Origin: Octopus bimaculoides | Lineage: Eukaryota | Length of the DNA: 64,000 nucleotides | Direction of reading: 5' to 3' | Assembly: GCF_001194135.2 (NCBI RefSeq) | Contig: NC_068983.1 | Coordinates: 11,579,035 to 11,643,034 of the forward strand | In this document: positions 1 through 13,039 of the stretch, piece by piece | How the letters are laid out: every line of letters begins with the position of its first letter | How positions within the stretch are numbered: position 1 is the first letter of the stretch | Made by a program: the position numbers and the translations under genes | The notes under the pieces: generated by a model | Seen by the model: the letters and a program-made list of their open reading frames with translations, nothing else | Told to the model about the DNA's origin: nothing | The model's database searches: none

Positions 1-1466
1 TATAAAACAAAAGGAGTAAATTTCCTAATAATAGCATGGTTGAGTTATAACATTTTTTTTTTCATTTCTTATGCTGGCATTTAAGACAAGTTTATAAATT
101 TAATCAGTCTATCCTATTATTATAATGTACATTTGTGCATGTGTGTGTTTGTGTGAAAGTCTTAATCACTTTGTATTTTGTTATCTAACTAACTGTTTCC
201 TTAATTTTAAAAGACAATCTGTATAATATAGAAGAACTGTTACTCAAAATAAAATATTGGTTTCAAGAATACTTAAAATGAAGCACATGAGAACAGAAAT
301 GAATGCAATTGATCAACATACGCCCTAGAAAACTATATGACAACAGATACTGAATATCAGAGCTTAAAATGTAATGAATATATAGAGAAAAAATGTTACC
401 AGTTTATTTTTTTTGGCAACTGGAACATTTTTTCTCTAATACATTTCCATACACACTTATGCAAACACACATACATATAAACAGACATACACCTATATGC
501 AAAACTACACACATAAATATATTTATATTATGTTTATATACATAATGTAAATGCATTGATATGTGCGCATATGCCCCAAAACATACGGATTACAAAGAAC
601 GATAGCAAAATGCCAACAATGAAACAGCAGTAAAGAACTAAATTAAAAAAAAAAAAAAAGAATTATCAAGCTGAACAGTCATAGACACAGTAATAGAAGT
701 AAGTTGAAGGACAACATTCACAAAATTTACCTATCCTTTGATAATTTGTATTCATTGTAGAATTAGAGAAAATCTAAATGAAACAGTAAAATGTAGCAAA
801 AAACTCGACATAAATGAAATTTAAAAAATAATTTACATAAATTCCCTTCTGAATTTTGCAGACAAATAAGTGGCAGACATTCTATTTGGGTGAAATAGTT
901 TTCTACACACTGATAAATACAAATATGTGGAAATGGGTTTTAAAAAAATAATTATTCAAGTCAAATTACATTGCACCAAAGCTACTCATAACATTAGGTG
1001 AATTTTAAAAAGTAAATTTAATTTGAAAATTACATAAGATGTGCAAAAAAAAAACAAAAACAAAAGATAACAATAATCTAACACTGACAGCTCAATATCT
1101 TAAACAAGTGGGAGTTGAAAAGAAAAAGAATGAATGTGACTATTTCAAATTGAAAAAGGAAACTAAAGGGAATAAGGCGGCAGCAGTGAGACATGGAGTG
1201 GAAAATGGAAGAAAGGAAAAAAAAAAAAAAAGGAAAAAAAAAAGAAAAAAGAAAACAACAAAAATATGGACAAATACTGTTTAAGGATAGACATGAACCA
1301 ACAAACAGACAGATATAAGTTATGTATATTCACAAGAACTGATAGACGAGTTGAGAGACAAAGGACAGATAGACAGTCAGAAAGAGACACAGACAGCATT
1401 TAATTGTTAAAAGTCAGTGTCAGTTTGTTCGATCACATTCTACAGTAACTAATTTTGCAGACCCAC

Positions 1467-1529
1467 TTGCTTTGAAGCTTCCTTCCCATTCTTTTGACCT
1501 GCGCTTTTGCCTCGGCCTTTCCAGACAAA
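1467..1529 (-). CDS. Candidate 63-nt symmetric (phase 1-1) RIM cassette exon: (V)CLERPRQKRRSKEWEGSFKA
   Basis: GC-enriched, purine-rich island on the sense strand. Acceptor ttttataatttctag|TT; donor CAA|gtgggt. Length is 21 codons and the frame continuing from the PDZ exon is open. No homology recognised. Confidence 0.4.
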
Positions 1530-4500
1530 CTAGAAATTATAAAACAATATCAGTGATAACACTGTGTCAATAAATGTGAAGAACAATTTTGTAAGCAAAT
1601 GCAGATAAAAAAAGTTGTAAAAACAAATTTTATAGTAATGTTATAAATAAAATAATGTAAACATGAACACATGTGATGTAACCCCTCTGAAATGACAGCA
1701 ATTGACTATAAATCACTATTGTTTTACAGGAAAAAATAAATACTTGCCCTTGATTATTCAGTATTAAAAAAAAAAATTCAATATTACAGTTTTATTCATA
1801 TCAAAGAATAGTAAAATTTTAAGTGGTAACCTGGCTTACATAAACAGTAGTACCTATGTGCTTAATACACGCACACATGCTCACATACACATTTTTTTTT
1901 TTTATATATGTATATATACCTTCAAGTTGTACTTGCTTAGCAAATGGTATATTGGAACTAAGACAGTTACAACATGGAAGAGTCATGTTAACAATTTAAG
2001 AATTCACAAAGACTTTTATATTCACATTTTATTTCTTAATAGTGCAATTTATTATGTCAAAAAGCTTTGTTGCATTTCTGCAGCCTGGTATCAACTGAAA
2101 ATCAGTTATATGTGAATTTTATAAGCCCCTTAAGGTGTGTAGAGGAAGTGGAGGGAGTATATTTTTTTGTTTTTGTTTTTGCAATTCTCTTCCATTTAGT
2201 TTTCTCTTAGTTATGTTCTGAGTTACCTTCAACTTTTTAAAACAAGGCATTTCATTAAAGTTTTATATTTTGGTTATTTTAATTATTTTTGTTGAATTTT
2301 GACCCTGTAAATCAACTGTATCGCTGCTATTTGACCTACAGGTTGCCCACACATGACCAATAAAAGTCTATTTCAATATTTATTAAACTGACATTTTTAA
2401 AGTTGAATGTGACTAAGAACAGAAAGAGGGAAAACAAGTGTAGATAGAAGAAACAAAATCTCCAAGGCTTATAAAAATACACTAATAACTGATTTTCAAC
2501 GGATGCAGAAAAATGGTGACAGTGACCAAACTGCAGAACTGTGATAAAATGTTTTGACCTACTACACTCTACATTCAAGAAGTAAATGAAAAGTGAATAT
2601 AACAGTTTTTGTGTTGCTAAATGACTTTTCCATGAGGTAATTGTTATGTGTGTGTGTGCGGATATGTATCTATGTGTTAATATATAAGTATATATATATA
2701 TATATATATATATATTACACATATATAAGTTTGTTAAAATGCATATGCATACACATACACACACATAATATGCACACATGCATATATATACAGATTATTT
2801 TCTAATATAAAAAATTGACTACATAATGAAACTGTTTATAAATATCAAAAAATAACCAATATTGCCTTCAAGGTACTCTCAGTATTACATAAAGTTAGTA
2901 CCATTATCTCATTCCAGAGAGATATTTTCTCAGTAGGAAAGAGTTTACAAAAAAAAAAAAAAAAAACTAGCCATGAACTATGCCGATATATTTTTATATA
3001 TACATATATATATATGCCGTTAATCATGTATCTAATATACACTTATATTTGTGTGTGGTTTTGTGTATTTCAATTCAAAATTCATGTAAAATTATGACAT
3101 GATAGTCAGGAGAGGCAATGTGTTAGGCACAGCACATATTTAAAGACGTAATTAAGCATAAAAATAATTATGTAGTAGCAAATCATTTTTGAAAGGAAAT
3201 TATAAAAATTCCTTCAATAGCTATCAACTACACCATGAAAATATAAACTTCATGTGTGCATTTCTGAGATAAGAGCACTGAAAACCTATGTTACAAAATA
3301 AAGGTTTGTAGATTTGACTCAAATCCATGAGTGTGTTTGTATGACTCAAGTGAGTGAATATGATACCGGATGACTATTCAGAATACATCAATCAAAATAG
3401 ATGTAAATAGAAGCATAAATGAGGTTAACAGTTTTGTCATAGAATATGACTCTAAACTATTACTTTCCAACATTGGCACAAGGTCACAAATTATGGGGGA
3501 AGCACAGCCAGTTAAATTGATTCCAATACTTGGTTGGTACTTATTTTATTGACCATGTAAGGATGAAAGGCAATGTAAATGAGGTAGGATTTGAACTTAG
3601 AACATAAAGATATTTTATTTAACACTCTACTGATTCTGCCACCAATTGTCCTTACATCACTAATATTTTCATTTCTAACTTAGGCAGAGATCCACAAATT
3701 TGGAGGAAGAAACTACTGATGCCAATACTTGATTTGAAATCTTATAATAATAACATTTTAAATCAATTCCATAACGATGAAAGGTAAGTCAACCTCAGTG
3801 AAATTTGAATTTAGAACATAAAGGAATGTAGCCAAGTACTACAAGACATTTAGTCCCGCTTTCAATTGACTCTGTCATTATTTACGATTATGTAACACTA
3901 ATGCATTAAAAGTCTTTCCATATTAAGCTTGACTGGATGGCTAGAATTGAATTATTGCAAAGAAAATTGAGACTGGATAATATTTTCCAGTGCCATATTA
4001 CATTAAAATTCTTCAGCAGATGCAATAAGTTCTTATCTAATGATTAAAAAAATTAAGGAGGTGCTTTAGTATGGCTTTAATCATGGTGGCTAAGGAAAAC
4101 TGAAAAAAAAAAAAATCACAAAATGGTACAATGAACGACAGGAGGTTTAGGTTAATGAGTGAAATCTTTCTAAAGGAAAGACATGTCTGTTCTTCAAGTA
4201 AGTACCAGAAATAATTCCAAAATTCAAAATTATATTTTTGAACCCAGAGAAAATATCAGAATTAGTAAAAACTTTGAAACAAACAAAATCATAATATGGA
4301 AATGTTTTAACATGGAAGTAATGTTGACTAAATAAACTTACAATTTGAAAGAAATTAATTTCTCAAATGAAAGAGCCTCTTTATTGTTAAATATTTTCTT
4401 TCTCATAGTACACCAACATATCTACATTTTTATTTAGGCTGAACTAATCCACATCACCACTTCTTACTTCAAATGTTAGTTCTTATATTTAATCTCTTGA

Positions 4501-6432
4501 TACAGCGGATAAGCCTTGTAAATAAAATGTAAATATGTATTCTTATTTCACACAGAATATGAAAGTATTTCAAGTGAAAGGCCTCAATTGTCTCACAAAA
4601 CCAATTAGGATTTATTACAAATAATAATCTACTTTTGACAGGACAAAGAACCAGTTTTTGCCGGCTAGAAGCACATTTGATTAAATCATGAGATGCTTTT
4701 TATTTTATCAATCTGAGAGAAATAACTAATATAGTCAATCCAGGTAATGAACACTAAATTAGAAGTTCAAAGACCTCCCAGTTATGGTAACATACCATTT
4801 CAACCATTTTTAATATCATTAAAGAAATGTTCTAGAATGCTTTTTTTTTTTCACCTATACATTATAATTATTGGTATCTAATTATGTGTGAAAGGTAATG
4901 TAACACAATAAATCCTTAATGCGAAAATATGTTGACAAAGAATATGTTTACTATGTTTGTAACAACTGAAACTATATTACTATATCATCTCAAGTAAAAA
5001 AAAATAAAAATAAAATAAGTATTAACATATACAATTGATATGTAGTATGTTATATCCAAAAATTAACTAATTAATCTGGAATATTATATCTAATTTAGAA
5101 AAACTAGAAAGATGAAAGAAACCAATCCTGACGAAGTTGGAAATGGTAACACTAATTTGCTATTATACAAGCTTAACATTTTAAACTATCACTAGAACTT
5201 TTTAAGAGATATTGATGTAATATTCTGAATTATATGCTTGCTTGTTCTTTTACACTAAAGTACTGTTTTCCAAATGAGTAGTAATTATCATAATCCTCGT
5301 TACTATTGTTACCACCAATAGTCAAAATCTGCATGAAAAATTTTGCAAAAATTGGAACTGAACACAGAAATTAAATTATAATACCATTTATTCTGAATGC
5401 TTTTTAACTACCAGATTTTCTGACTCCCAAAGAAACATATTTTCCTGGAAAAATTCCTCCAAATCACCATGCATCTTATCACTAAAAAGTCAGGTTGTAG
5501 AGTGGATGTTAACTGCTGGATCCAGCCCTCCAACTCATGCTTGTAATTTAGGATCATTGTCACAATTTACATGTAATAAATATATCCCAATACTATGATT
5601 GCCATATTTATTAGTTTTATTATACGTTAATAATAACTCATAAAAATTTCACAAGGATTTACTGACACTGGTAATAAAAAACCCACCATTTTGCTTTGTT
5701 TGGTTATGGGCAATCCATAATGATGGTGCCTCATGTACCATTCATAGGCAGGCACAAATACCACTGAAATAGATGCCATTTGGTGGCTGTCAATTGACAA
5801 TATATCTCTATGACAATGGCAACTAAGCAGAGAAGACACATACATAATAAACTATAAGCTACAAATTTTGAAAAAGCCAAACAATATGGCAACCAGGCAG
5901 CTGTGTGATTGTATGGCCACCACCAACCGAAAAAAAAAAGGATTTGTAAGTGGGAAAAACAAGAGACATTAAAGAATATGGGAATGAAAAAGAATGGACT
6001 TCATCATAAGAAAAATTTCCATATCTGGAAGACATCATAAAATTATTGATATACAATTAATGAAGTATGGAGTTGACAGGTTCAGAGAAGATGATATATA
6101 AAGGCAAGAAAGAGTGGCAAAAAATTAAATACACCAGCAGATGAATTTGCTGGATCTTGGTGTAATCATTTCATGAAGTAAACCTGAACTAAGCACGAGA
6201 GCAAAGACCATAATTGCACAGATGACTGAAGAGTATGAAGAGAAACTTTTGGAATTCAGTGAATGCAATAGAAAATACAAATTATGAATTATGGCAAACA
6301 AGCAATATGGATGAAGTGTTATTCACATTGCAGGCGCCATCAAATAAAACTGTTGAAAATGAAAGTGCAAAGTCAGTGACCATAAAAAAACAACTGAGTA
6401 CATAAAAAAATCTTTACTGTACTGTTGTATAG

Positions 6433-6535
6433 ACAGAAGAATGTGCTTGCTTTACCAATCTTTAAACAGAAGAATGTGCTTGCTTTATTAATCTTTAAAC
6501 AGAAGAATGTGCTTGCTTTATTAATCTTTAAACAG
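6433..6535 (+). repeat. 33-bp tandem triplication inside the pogo relic
   Basis: acagaagaatgtgcttgcttta(cc/tt)aatctttaa x3, plus a trailing acag. Confidence 0.9.
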
Positions 6536-6895
6536 TGTCTGAGGAAATTATCTGATTAAGTGTTTGCCATGTCCAAAACAAGGTATGGACGGATGACGAC
6601 AATATGAAACTGTTGTTTTAGAAAGTATGTCAGTGTCCAGGTGGTTTATTGAAGAAACCAGCAATACTAGCACGAGGATCAATTTCAATTCTACAAAGCA
6701 AAAGCAACAGAGAAAAATGGGAGCAATTTTAAAAGAACGGAACAAATAGCTATGCCCAAAGGGGATCACAGTTATAAAAATTGAACATTTCGGTTAAGCT
6801 AGTTAAATGCTTTTAAAGTGAGAAGTATGGAACAAATGGATGATTGCTGGGAATTTAGTATCATCAATAGAAATGAATTAATAGCTATTGCACAA

Positions 6896-7100
6896 TGAGA
6901 GTGCATGGCCTAGTGGTTAGGGTGTTGCACTCACGGCTGCAAGATCATGGTTTAAGTTCCTGGACTGGGTGGTGTGTTGAGCAAAAAACTTCATTTCATG
7001 TTGCTCTGTGATCACTTCAATACCTGATTTGATGGAGGGAGTGAGCTAATGTACTACACAAACATTTGATGACTATAAGCAAATCCTCTGTGCAGGTTGT
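6896..7100 (+). mobile_element. tRNA-derived SINE, family B (degenerate)
   Basis: tggcctagtggttagggtg (A-box-like), ggtttaagttcc (B-box-like) and ttgagcaaaaaacttcatttc core shared with the 16751 and 61069 copies. Confidence 0.7.
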
Positions 7101-7290
7101 TCACCAAGAAATTGCAGAACCATCTTTCTCAGACTACAAGAGACTACCATCATCATCCCTACTGCAGTGAGATGTCAGTAACTCTTCAAGTAATTTTGGG
7201 CAGTTGTGAGCTAGTAATAGCAGTCAAAGCATTAAAGAAATGTGGAATCAGTAATGTGGATGGATCAACTTCTCTATGATGAATACGTGT

Positions 7291-7707
7291 AGGAGTGGCT
7301 GTGTGGTAAGTAGCTTGCTTACCAACCACATGGCTCCAGGTTCAGTCCCACTGCGTGGCACCTTAAGCAAGTGTCTTCTACTATAGCCTTGGGCCGACCA
7401 AAGCCTTGTGAGTGGATTTGGTAGATGGAAACTGAAAGAAGCCCATCGTATATATGTATATGTATATATATATATATGTGTGTGTATGTGTGTTTGTGCA
7501 TCTGTGTTTGTTCCCGCCAACATCGCTTGACAACTGATGCTGGTGTGTTTACATCCCTGTAACTTAGTGGTTCGGCAAAAGAGACCAATAGAATAAGTAC
7601 TAGGCTTACAAAGCATAAGTCCTGGGGTTGATTTGATTCGACTAAAGGTGGTGCTCCAGCATGGCTGCAGTCAAATGACTGAAACAAGTAAAAGAGTAAA
7701 AGAGTAA
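7291..7707 (+). mobile_element. tRNA-derived SINE, family A, near full length, with internal AT/GT microsatellite
   Basis: aggagtggctgtgtggtaag...ggttcagtcccactgcgtggcacc...tgactgaaacaagtaaaagag; near-identical to the copies at 28272 and 33928. Confidence 0.9.
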
Positions 7708-9749
7708 ATAGCAAACTAAATATGGAGTCTCAGTTATGACACTTTAAAGAAATATTTCCCATTTAAGATTAGTTTTGAAGTAGAGTGGTGAGGTAACTCT
7801 CTTATCTTTTATTGACTATTTCTGTCTTTCACACACTCTTCCTCTAAATATAATGGAGCTCTGGGTACACCAACGATCTCCTTTGAATATAGAGGAGAAT
7901 AATAAGGTATAAAGGCAGATGGGTCTTGGCAATACTTCTTAAACACCTGCATGAAGATTATGTAAACAATCTCTGTGGACAGTTCCAGCAAATCTGGTTG
8001 ACATGTACTAAATTTTGTTAATGTACAACTGTTCTGTTTTAAATAGGCTTATAAATTGTCAAAACTTTTTTTCCAAAATATACCTCAATACTTATAGAGT
8101 GAATCTCATCAATTGTAATATCTTACGAGCTGAGAAATATGGTATTTATAACATATTCAGTGAGATAAAACTAAAGATTTCTAGAATTTTTGAGGGTGTT
8201 ACTTTCTAGTAAGTAGAATTTATAAGCCATCCCACAACACTTTATCAACCATTTATTTGTTTAGTACATAAACTTGAAATTAGATATTTAACACAATCAG
8301 AATTAAGCAACTAATCAAGGTAGCTGTGAGAGGATATAGATTCAAAGAAATAGTAAATGGAAGAAGGTAGAAAATAGATTGTTGTTATGAAAATAAATAA
8401 TTGTAACTATAAAGAGGAATGGTTTCAGAGTTGGCAATCGCCATTTGAATTACACTGGGAGCTTCAAAGATATTTCCAAGATTATAAAAGTAAAACGACC
8501 CATTAAATAATGCTTCGTTTACGAGATATCTTCAGATTCTTAATTAAAAATCATATTTGATCGCTGACACAAAAATATAAAAGCCTTTCACCTGACAAGG
8601 TCAACAGAATAAATGCCATTTATATACCAAGTTTGAGAAGATTAAGTTCGCTGTTATACTTTGCTGATCAGTTACAAACATTTACTATTTAATAATTACA
8701 AACAAATCTCTGACAATGTGAAAATGTGATTATTTTGTATTAAAAGTTATCAATTATTTAAATGAAGGATAAATATTTAACTATTTTAACAACACATAGC
8801 TGCTTATTTGGTGACCACCCCTAACCATTTTCAGATTTTTTTTTTTTTATCTGGCTTTTAAAAAAACATTCATACCTCTTCAAAGGTAACACACCTTGCT
8901 CTTTATGTGTGTGAATGAGAAGACATTGTTTAGAGTTTGGGCTAACAGAAGAACATGCATTAATATGTATTTTTGTGCTGATGAGTTTGGATATTATGGT
9001 GAGATGGAACATTTGGTTGGTAGAAAGTGTAGGGTTTTGTAGTCCTTCTTCAAAATATACCAAAGTTACATTAAAAAAAAATTGTATATGGTTTAATGAC
9101 TTGTTTTTATATATTAAAAAAAAAAAATGAAGTGGAAACAATGTACCATACATTCGGATGTCAAAAATATATTCTGTAACTTGAAGTTTCAGTATATCAT
9201 ATTCTTATAGATCTCTGGGTTCTAATGCTGTAGATAATAGAGAATGAATTTGAATTTAAATGTTGAACAAGAAATAAATTATCAAAGTATTAATAAATAA
9301 ATACTTAAATATGTTTAAAATTCCATGTAATTTTACTGTAGTTACAACTTCTGGAAAAATGATAAAATACATTTGTAAGATGCACTGGTTAAACTTCTCA
9401 TTTACAGAAGAAAAAAAAAATTAGATTTATAACGAAATAATTCATTAACAAAGAAAATGACTTTGTTAGGCTGGATTAAACTGTCAAAAGAGGTTTTACA
9501 AGTCTTGTCAGCATTATTTTATATCTTAGAGTTAGTTAAATTGATAAATACTTTCTTTTCTTTTTTTTTTTATACATTTCTTAGTCTGGGAAGAAGGGCA
9601 GTAGGTATAACTTTTAAAAAACTTTTCTTGATTAGATAACTCAGAATAACTGAAGTAAGGTTTGTGTGGTCAATACTGAATTTGAATTGTGAAAACTTTT
9701 GTTTAGAATGAAACATGAATGGATAGAAGAGATTCAGAAAAATGCAATT

Positions 9750-10950
9750 CTGAATACACAAAGTGTTGACATAGAATATCTGGGATAGAGGTATAGAGGT
9801 GGATGAGAAGTGAAAACAACAAGAGAATATGGATGGAGATGATAGAGTATTAGCATAGTCAGAAGAGCAGAGTTAACTTTTGTATCAATAGAAAAACAAA
9901 ATAAGATAATTTAATGTTGAGTGAGTATTGGAAAGTGTTATTGAATGTGGGCCTATTAGGTAGATAACTTATGTTGGAAGGAATCCAAATTGCGTGACTG
10001 TTGAACCATCCCAGACGAATTAAAAGTAATCTTGTATAGGATATATTTGGACTTCGCAAAATATTTGTGGTTACTCATGTCAAATTATCTTCAGGAACTG
10101 TAGAGAGGAACATAGTATTTGTGATATTTCAAGGTTATCAAAGATAGTAGGCCTATCTTGTATATCAGCCACATTTTTAGTAGTACATTAATCATGAACG
10201 AAAAGGATCATGTGATATTATTTTTAAGCTGTGTAGTGCCTGAGTTTTGGTGTAGTTAAATGAATCTAAGTTGTTAGGTAATCAATGCTAAATATTTTTG
10301 AAGGTGTTTTTGCAAATATGATCTACAAGATTGGTATAAGGCATGGAGGCCATGTGAATGAAGATTGTGCGTAGAAAATAAGACAAGAGAACAGGGTAAT
10401 GTCATCAATATAGGACGGTGTGTGTCTCTGCATGGTTGAGGTGATTTTGATTTGTGGAATGTGCCAGAGAGTTAACTAATATTTGAGCCATTTTAACTTT
10501 AATGGAATAAGCTTCATCAATGTATGATGTTGAAATAAGTTTTCAAAAACTTGACTTGTGAACAAGCAGTTTTGTCCACAAAACCTTAATGTCAGATTTA
10601 ATTCAAGGCTTTACAAATGTTAAAAGGAACAACTTCATTTTAGTGAAAATTATCAAAAGCATAAAACCATTCATGCATGCTACAGAAAATCTCTCTTATA
10701 AAACCATATTGGTGGCTGCTGAATAGGAAAAGTGATTCAAAATAGAGTAAGATGTGATTTCTATTCTATCAAGAGATAATGTCTAAAGAATTTTGTAGGC
10801 AAGAGGTTATTTTTGTTTTTCTTACAATCATTTCACTGTTGTTTGAGGATAAAACAAATCACATTTAAAAACCACATTTGAATATCATTTAAAGGTCTTG
10901 GTCTTACTTGGGAGTACAAACAATTCATTATGTCAATGATGGAAGGAGGT
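9750..10950 (+). mobile_element. Possible highly degraded CR1/L2-like LINE reverse-transcriptase relic
   Basis: IYLDFAK near 10040 resembles the RT motif YLDFSKAFD; little else is readable. Boundaries uncertain. Confidence 0.3.
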
Positions 10951-12344
10951 GTTTCTGATATGCTTATCACTCACTTTCAGCATTCAGGAAAGCAACAGAA
11001 AGCTAATTGAAAAAGTAAAATTTTGGTGAATACCAAATATTGTTATTTTGAGTTTGGAGATAAAATTCTATCAATAGCTGACATAGATAAATTGTCTTTC
11101 TTAGTCAGTTCTTGAGTATTCCTACACGTTTACCTTTTTATAAATTCATGACATAGGTTATGTTACATTTTAAGTATGTAAATGTGATTATTGCAGATAA
11201 TTTCCAGTATAACCTTTAGATGTATTTTAATGAGACATACTAAACACTATTATAACGTCTAGTTAAATAACTAACTCAGCAAAAGTAGAAAGTTTAGATC
11301 ATACATCATCCTAATCATATGGGTACATTGACAAAAACTTGTTGTTTCTAGATTTTTACATCCATTAGAACTAGAGTGAGAAACACAAATTTAAACATAG
11401 TTGATCAGTACAATAAGATGAAGAAACAGCCATCACAGATCAAGATCAACATTTTTTGTTGACAACACTTTTTGCTGAAATACAACTCAATACATTGCAA
11501 TGCCCTGTAGTTGATACACCTTAGCTATTACATTAAATTCATTCTTATATTAAAAATATTTTCAGAAGAAGACAATATGTATTACTAACTGAAATCTATA
11601 GAAACATTTGTGAATAAACTCCATGTATATAATATAATAACATAATATATTCTTTATATCTTACTGGGTGCTTGTCTAAAATTCAATACTATTCAATTCT
11701 TATCCATACATACTAACAAATACAAGATTAAAATGTAAACACCAACATGCACATGTTTGGATAAATCTGAAGAAACTTTTTACTAAGTATTAAAAATATG
11801 ATTAACATATTTTTAACGATTTTCCATCAGTTTTTTTAAGCTTATGGATTTATTTTTTAAAAATAAAACCAAGAGAGATTACCACAGAGAGCATACTATG
11901 TATGCACTCCCTAAACATTAAAAAAAAAATCTTAAGAAAACATTGGAAAACAATACAAAAATCCTCCCAAAACCACAGAAAGTCAACATCATAAAATAGT
12001 AGATACTACAGTGATACAAATAATGAATCTAATGAATCCAAGACAAGCAATAGACAAAAAACGATAGCTAAAACTTATAACAGCATTACCCTCACACATT
12101 ACCTATGGCATCTAATGGTCAACTGAAAAGTGACAGATAACAACATAAAGCAGCAGATCTAATGGTATGTATTTTGTAACAAGAAACAACACAGGAATGG
12201 AACATTAAGAACAAGACTTCCTAAAGAGAGACAAAAACTTGAAATGTAAAATAGATAATTTTCTAACAGAATGCATTGGGAGTCCATAAGCTTGATAAAT
12301 TTGATGGAAAATTGTTAAAAATATCTTCTATTTTTAATATCACT

Positions 12345-13038
12345 ACACACACACACATATATATGAAATCCTTAAATTAACACATTACAGTCATGAAAAC
12401 ACAAAAACAGAATGTAATAAACTGAATTGAATGAAAAATTATGAAAATTTGATCAAAATTTCAGTCAAATATTCAATGTTGTCTATGAATTCTAATTCCT
12501 TAATTTTATATTTTTTTATGTGAAATTTCTTTTTTAATATTTAAGAAATTGTTGTGAATGTTTAGAGATAAAAACAGAACAAAAGCATAACATACTTTTT
12601 CAATTTCTNNNNNNNNNNNNNNNNNNNNNNNNNNNNNNNNNNNNNNNNNNNNNNNNNNNNNNNNNNNNNNNNNNNNNNNNNNNNNNNNNNNNNNNNNNNN
12701 NNNNNNNNNNNNNNNNNNNNNNNNNNNNNNNNNCTCTTCCGATCTGACACACACTAAAATATATTTACATACGCACATACACACACATATATATGAAATC
12801 CTTAAATTAACACATTACAGTCATGAAAACACAAAAACAGAATGTAATAAACTGAATTGAATGAAAAATTATGAAAATTTGATCAAAATTTCAGTCAAAT
12901 ATTCAATGTTGTCTATGAATTCTAATTCCTTAATTTTATATTTTTTTATGTGAAATTTCTTTTTTAATATTTAAGAAATTGTTGTGAATGTTTAGAGATA
13001 AAAACAGAACAAAAGCATAACATACTTTTTCAATTTCT
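12345..13038. repeat. About 264-bp exact direct duplication (offset 430) on both sides of an N-gap, with an adapter remnant
   Basis: 12345-12608 is repeated at 12775-13038. Gap 12609-12733. ctcttccgatct sits at 12734-12745. Confidence 0.9.
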
Positions 13039-13039
13039 T

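Larger units (their letters stand above)
5830..7280 (+). mobile_element. Degenerate pogo/Tigger-like DNA transposase relic, interrupted by a SINE
   Basis: Frameshifted motifs: FAGSWCNHFMK, SNMDEVLFTLQAPSNKTVENESAKSVTIK, PGGLLKKPAILA.DQF, KALKKCGISNVDGS. These match POGK-like DDE consensus (NMDET..FD.PSN.TV; RPGG; FKKCGISN..DG). Ends approximate. Confidence 0.7.

Noticed and set aside
7248-7714. ORFs of 112-131 aa (also 33792-34294 and 28397-28615)
   Set aside because: Antisense or off-frame translations of SINE family A; recurrence across copies reflects the repeat.
7809-7991. 60-aa minus-strand ORF of fairly complex composition
   Set aside because: No clear acceptor in a compatible phase and no RIM similarity.
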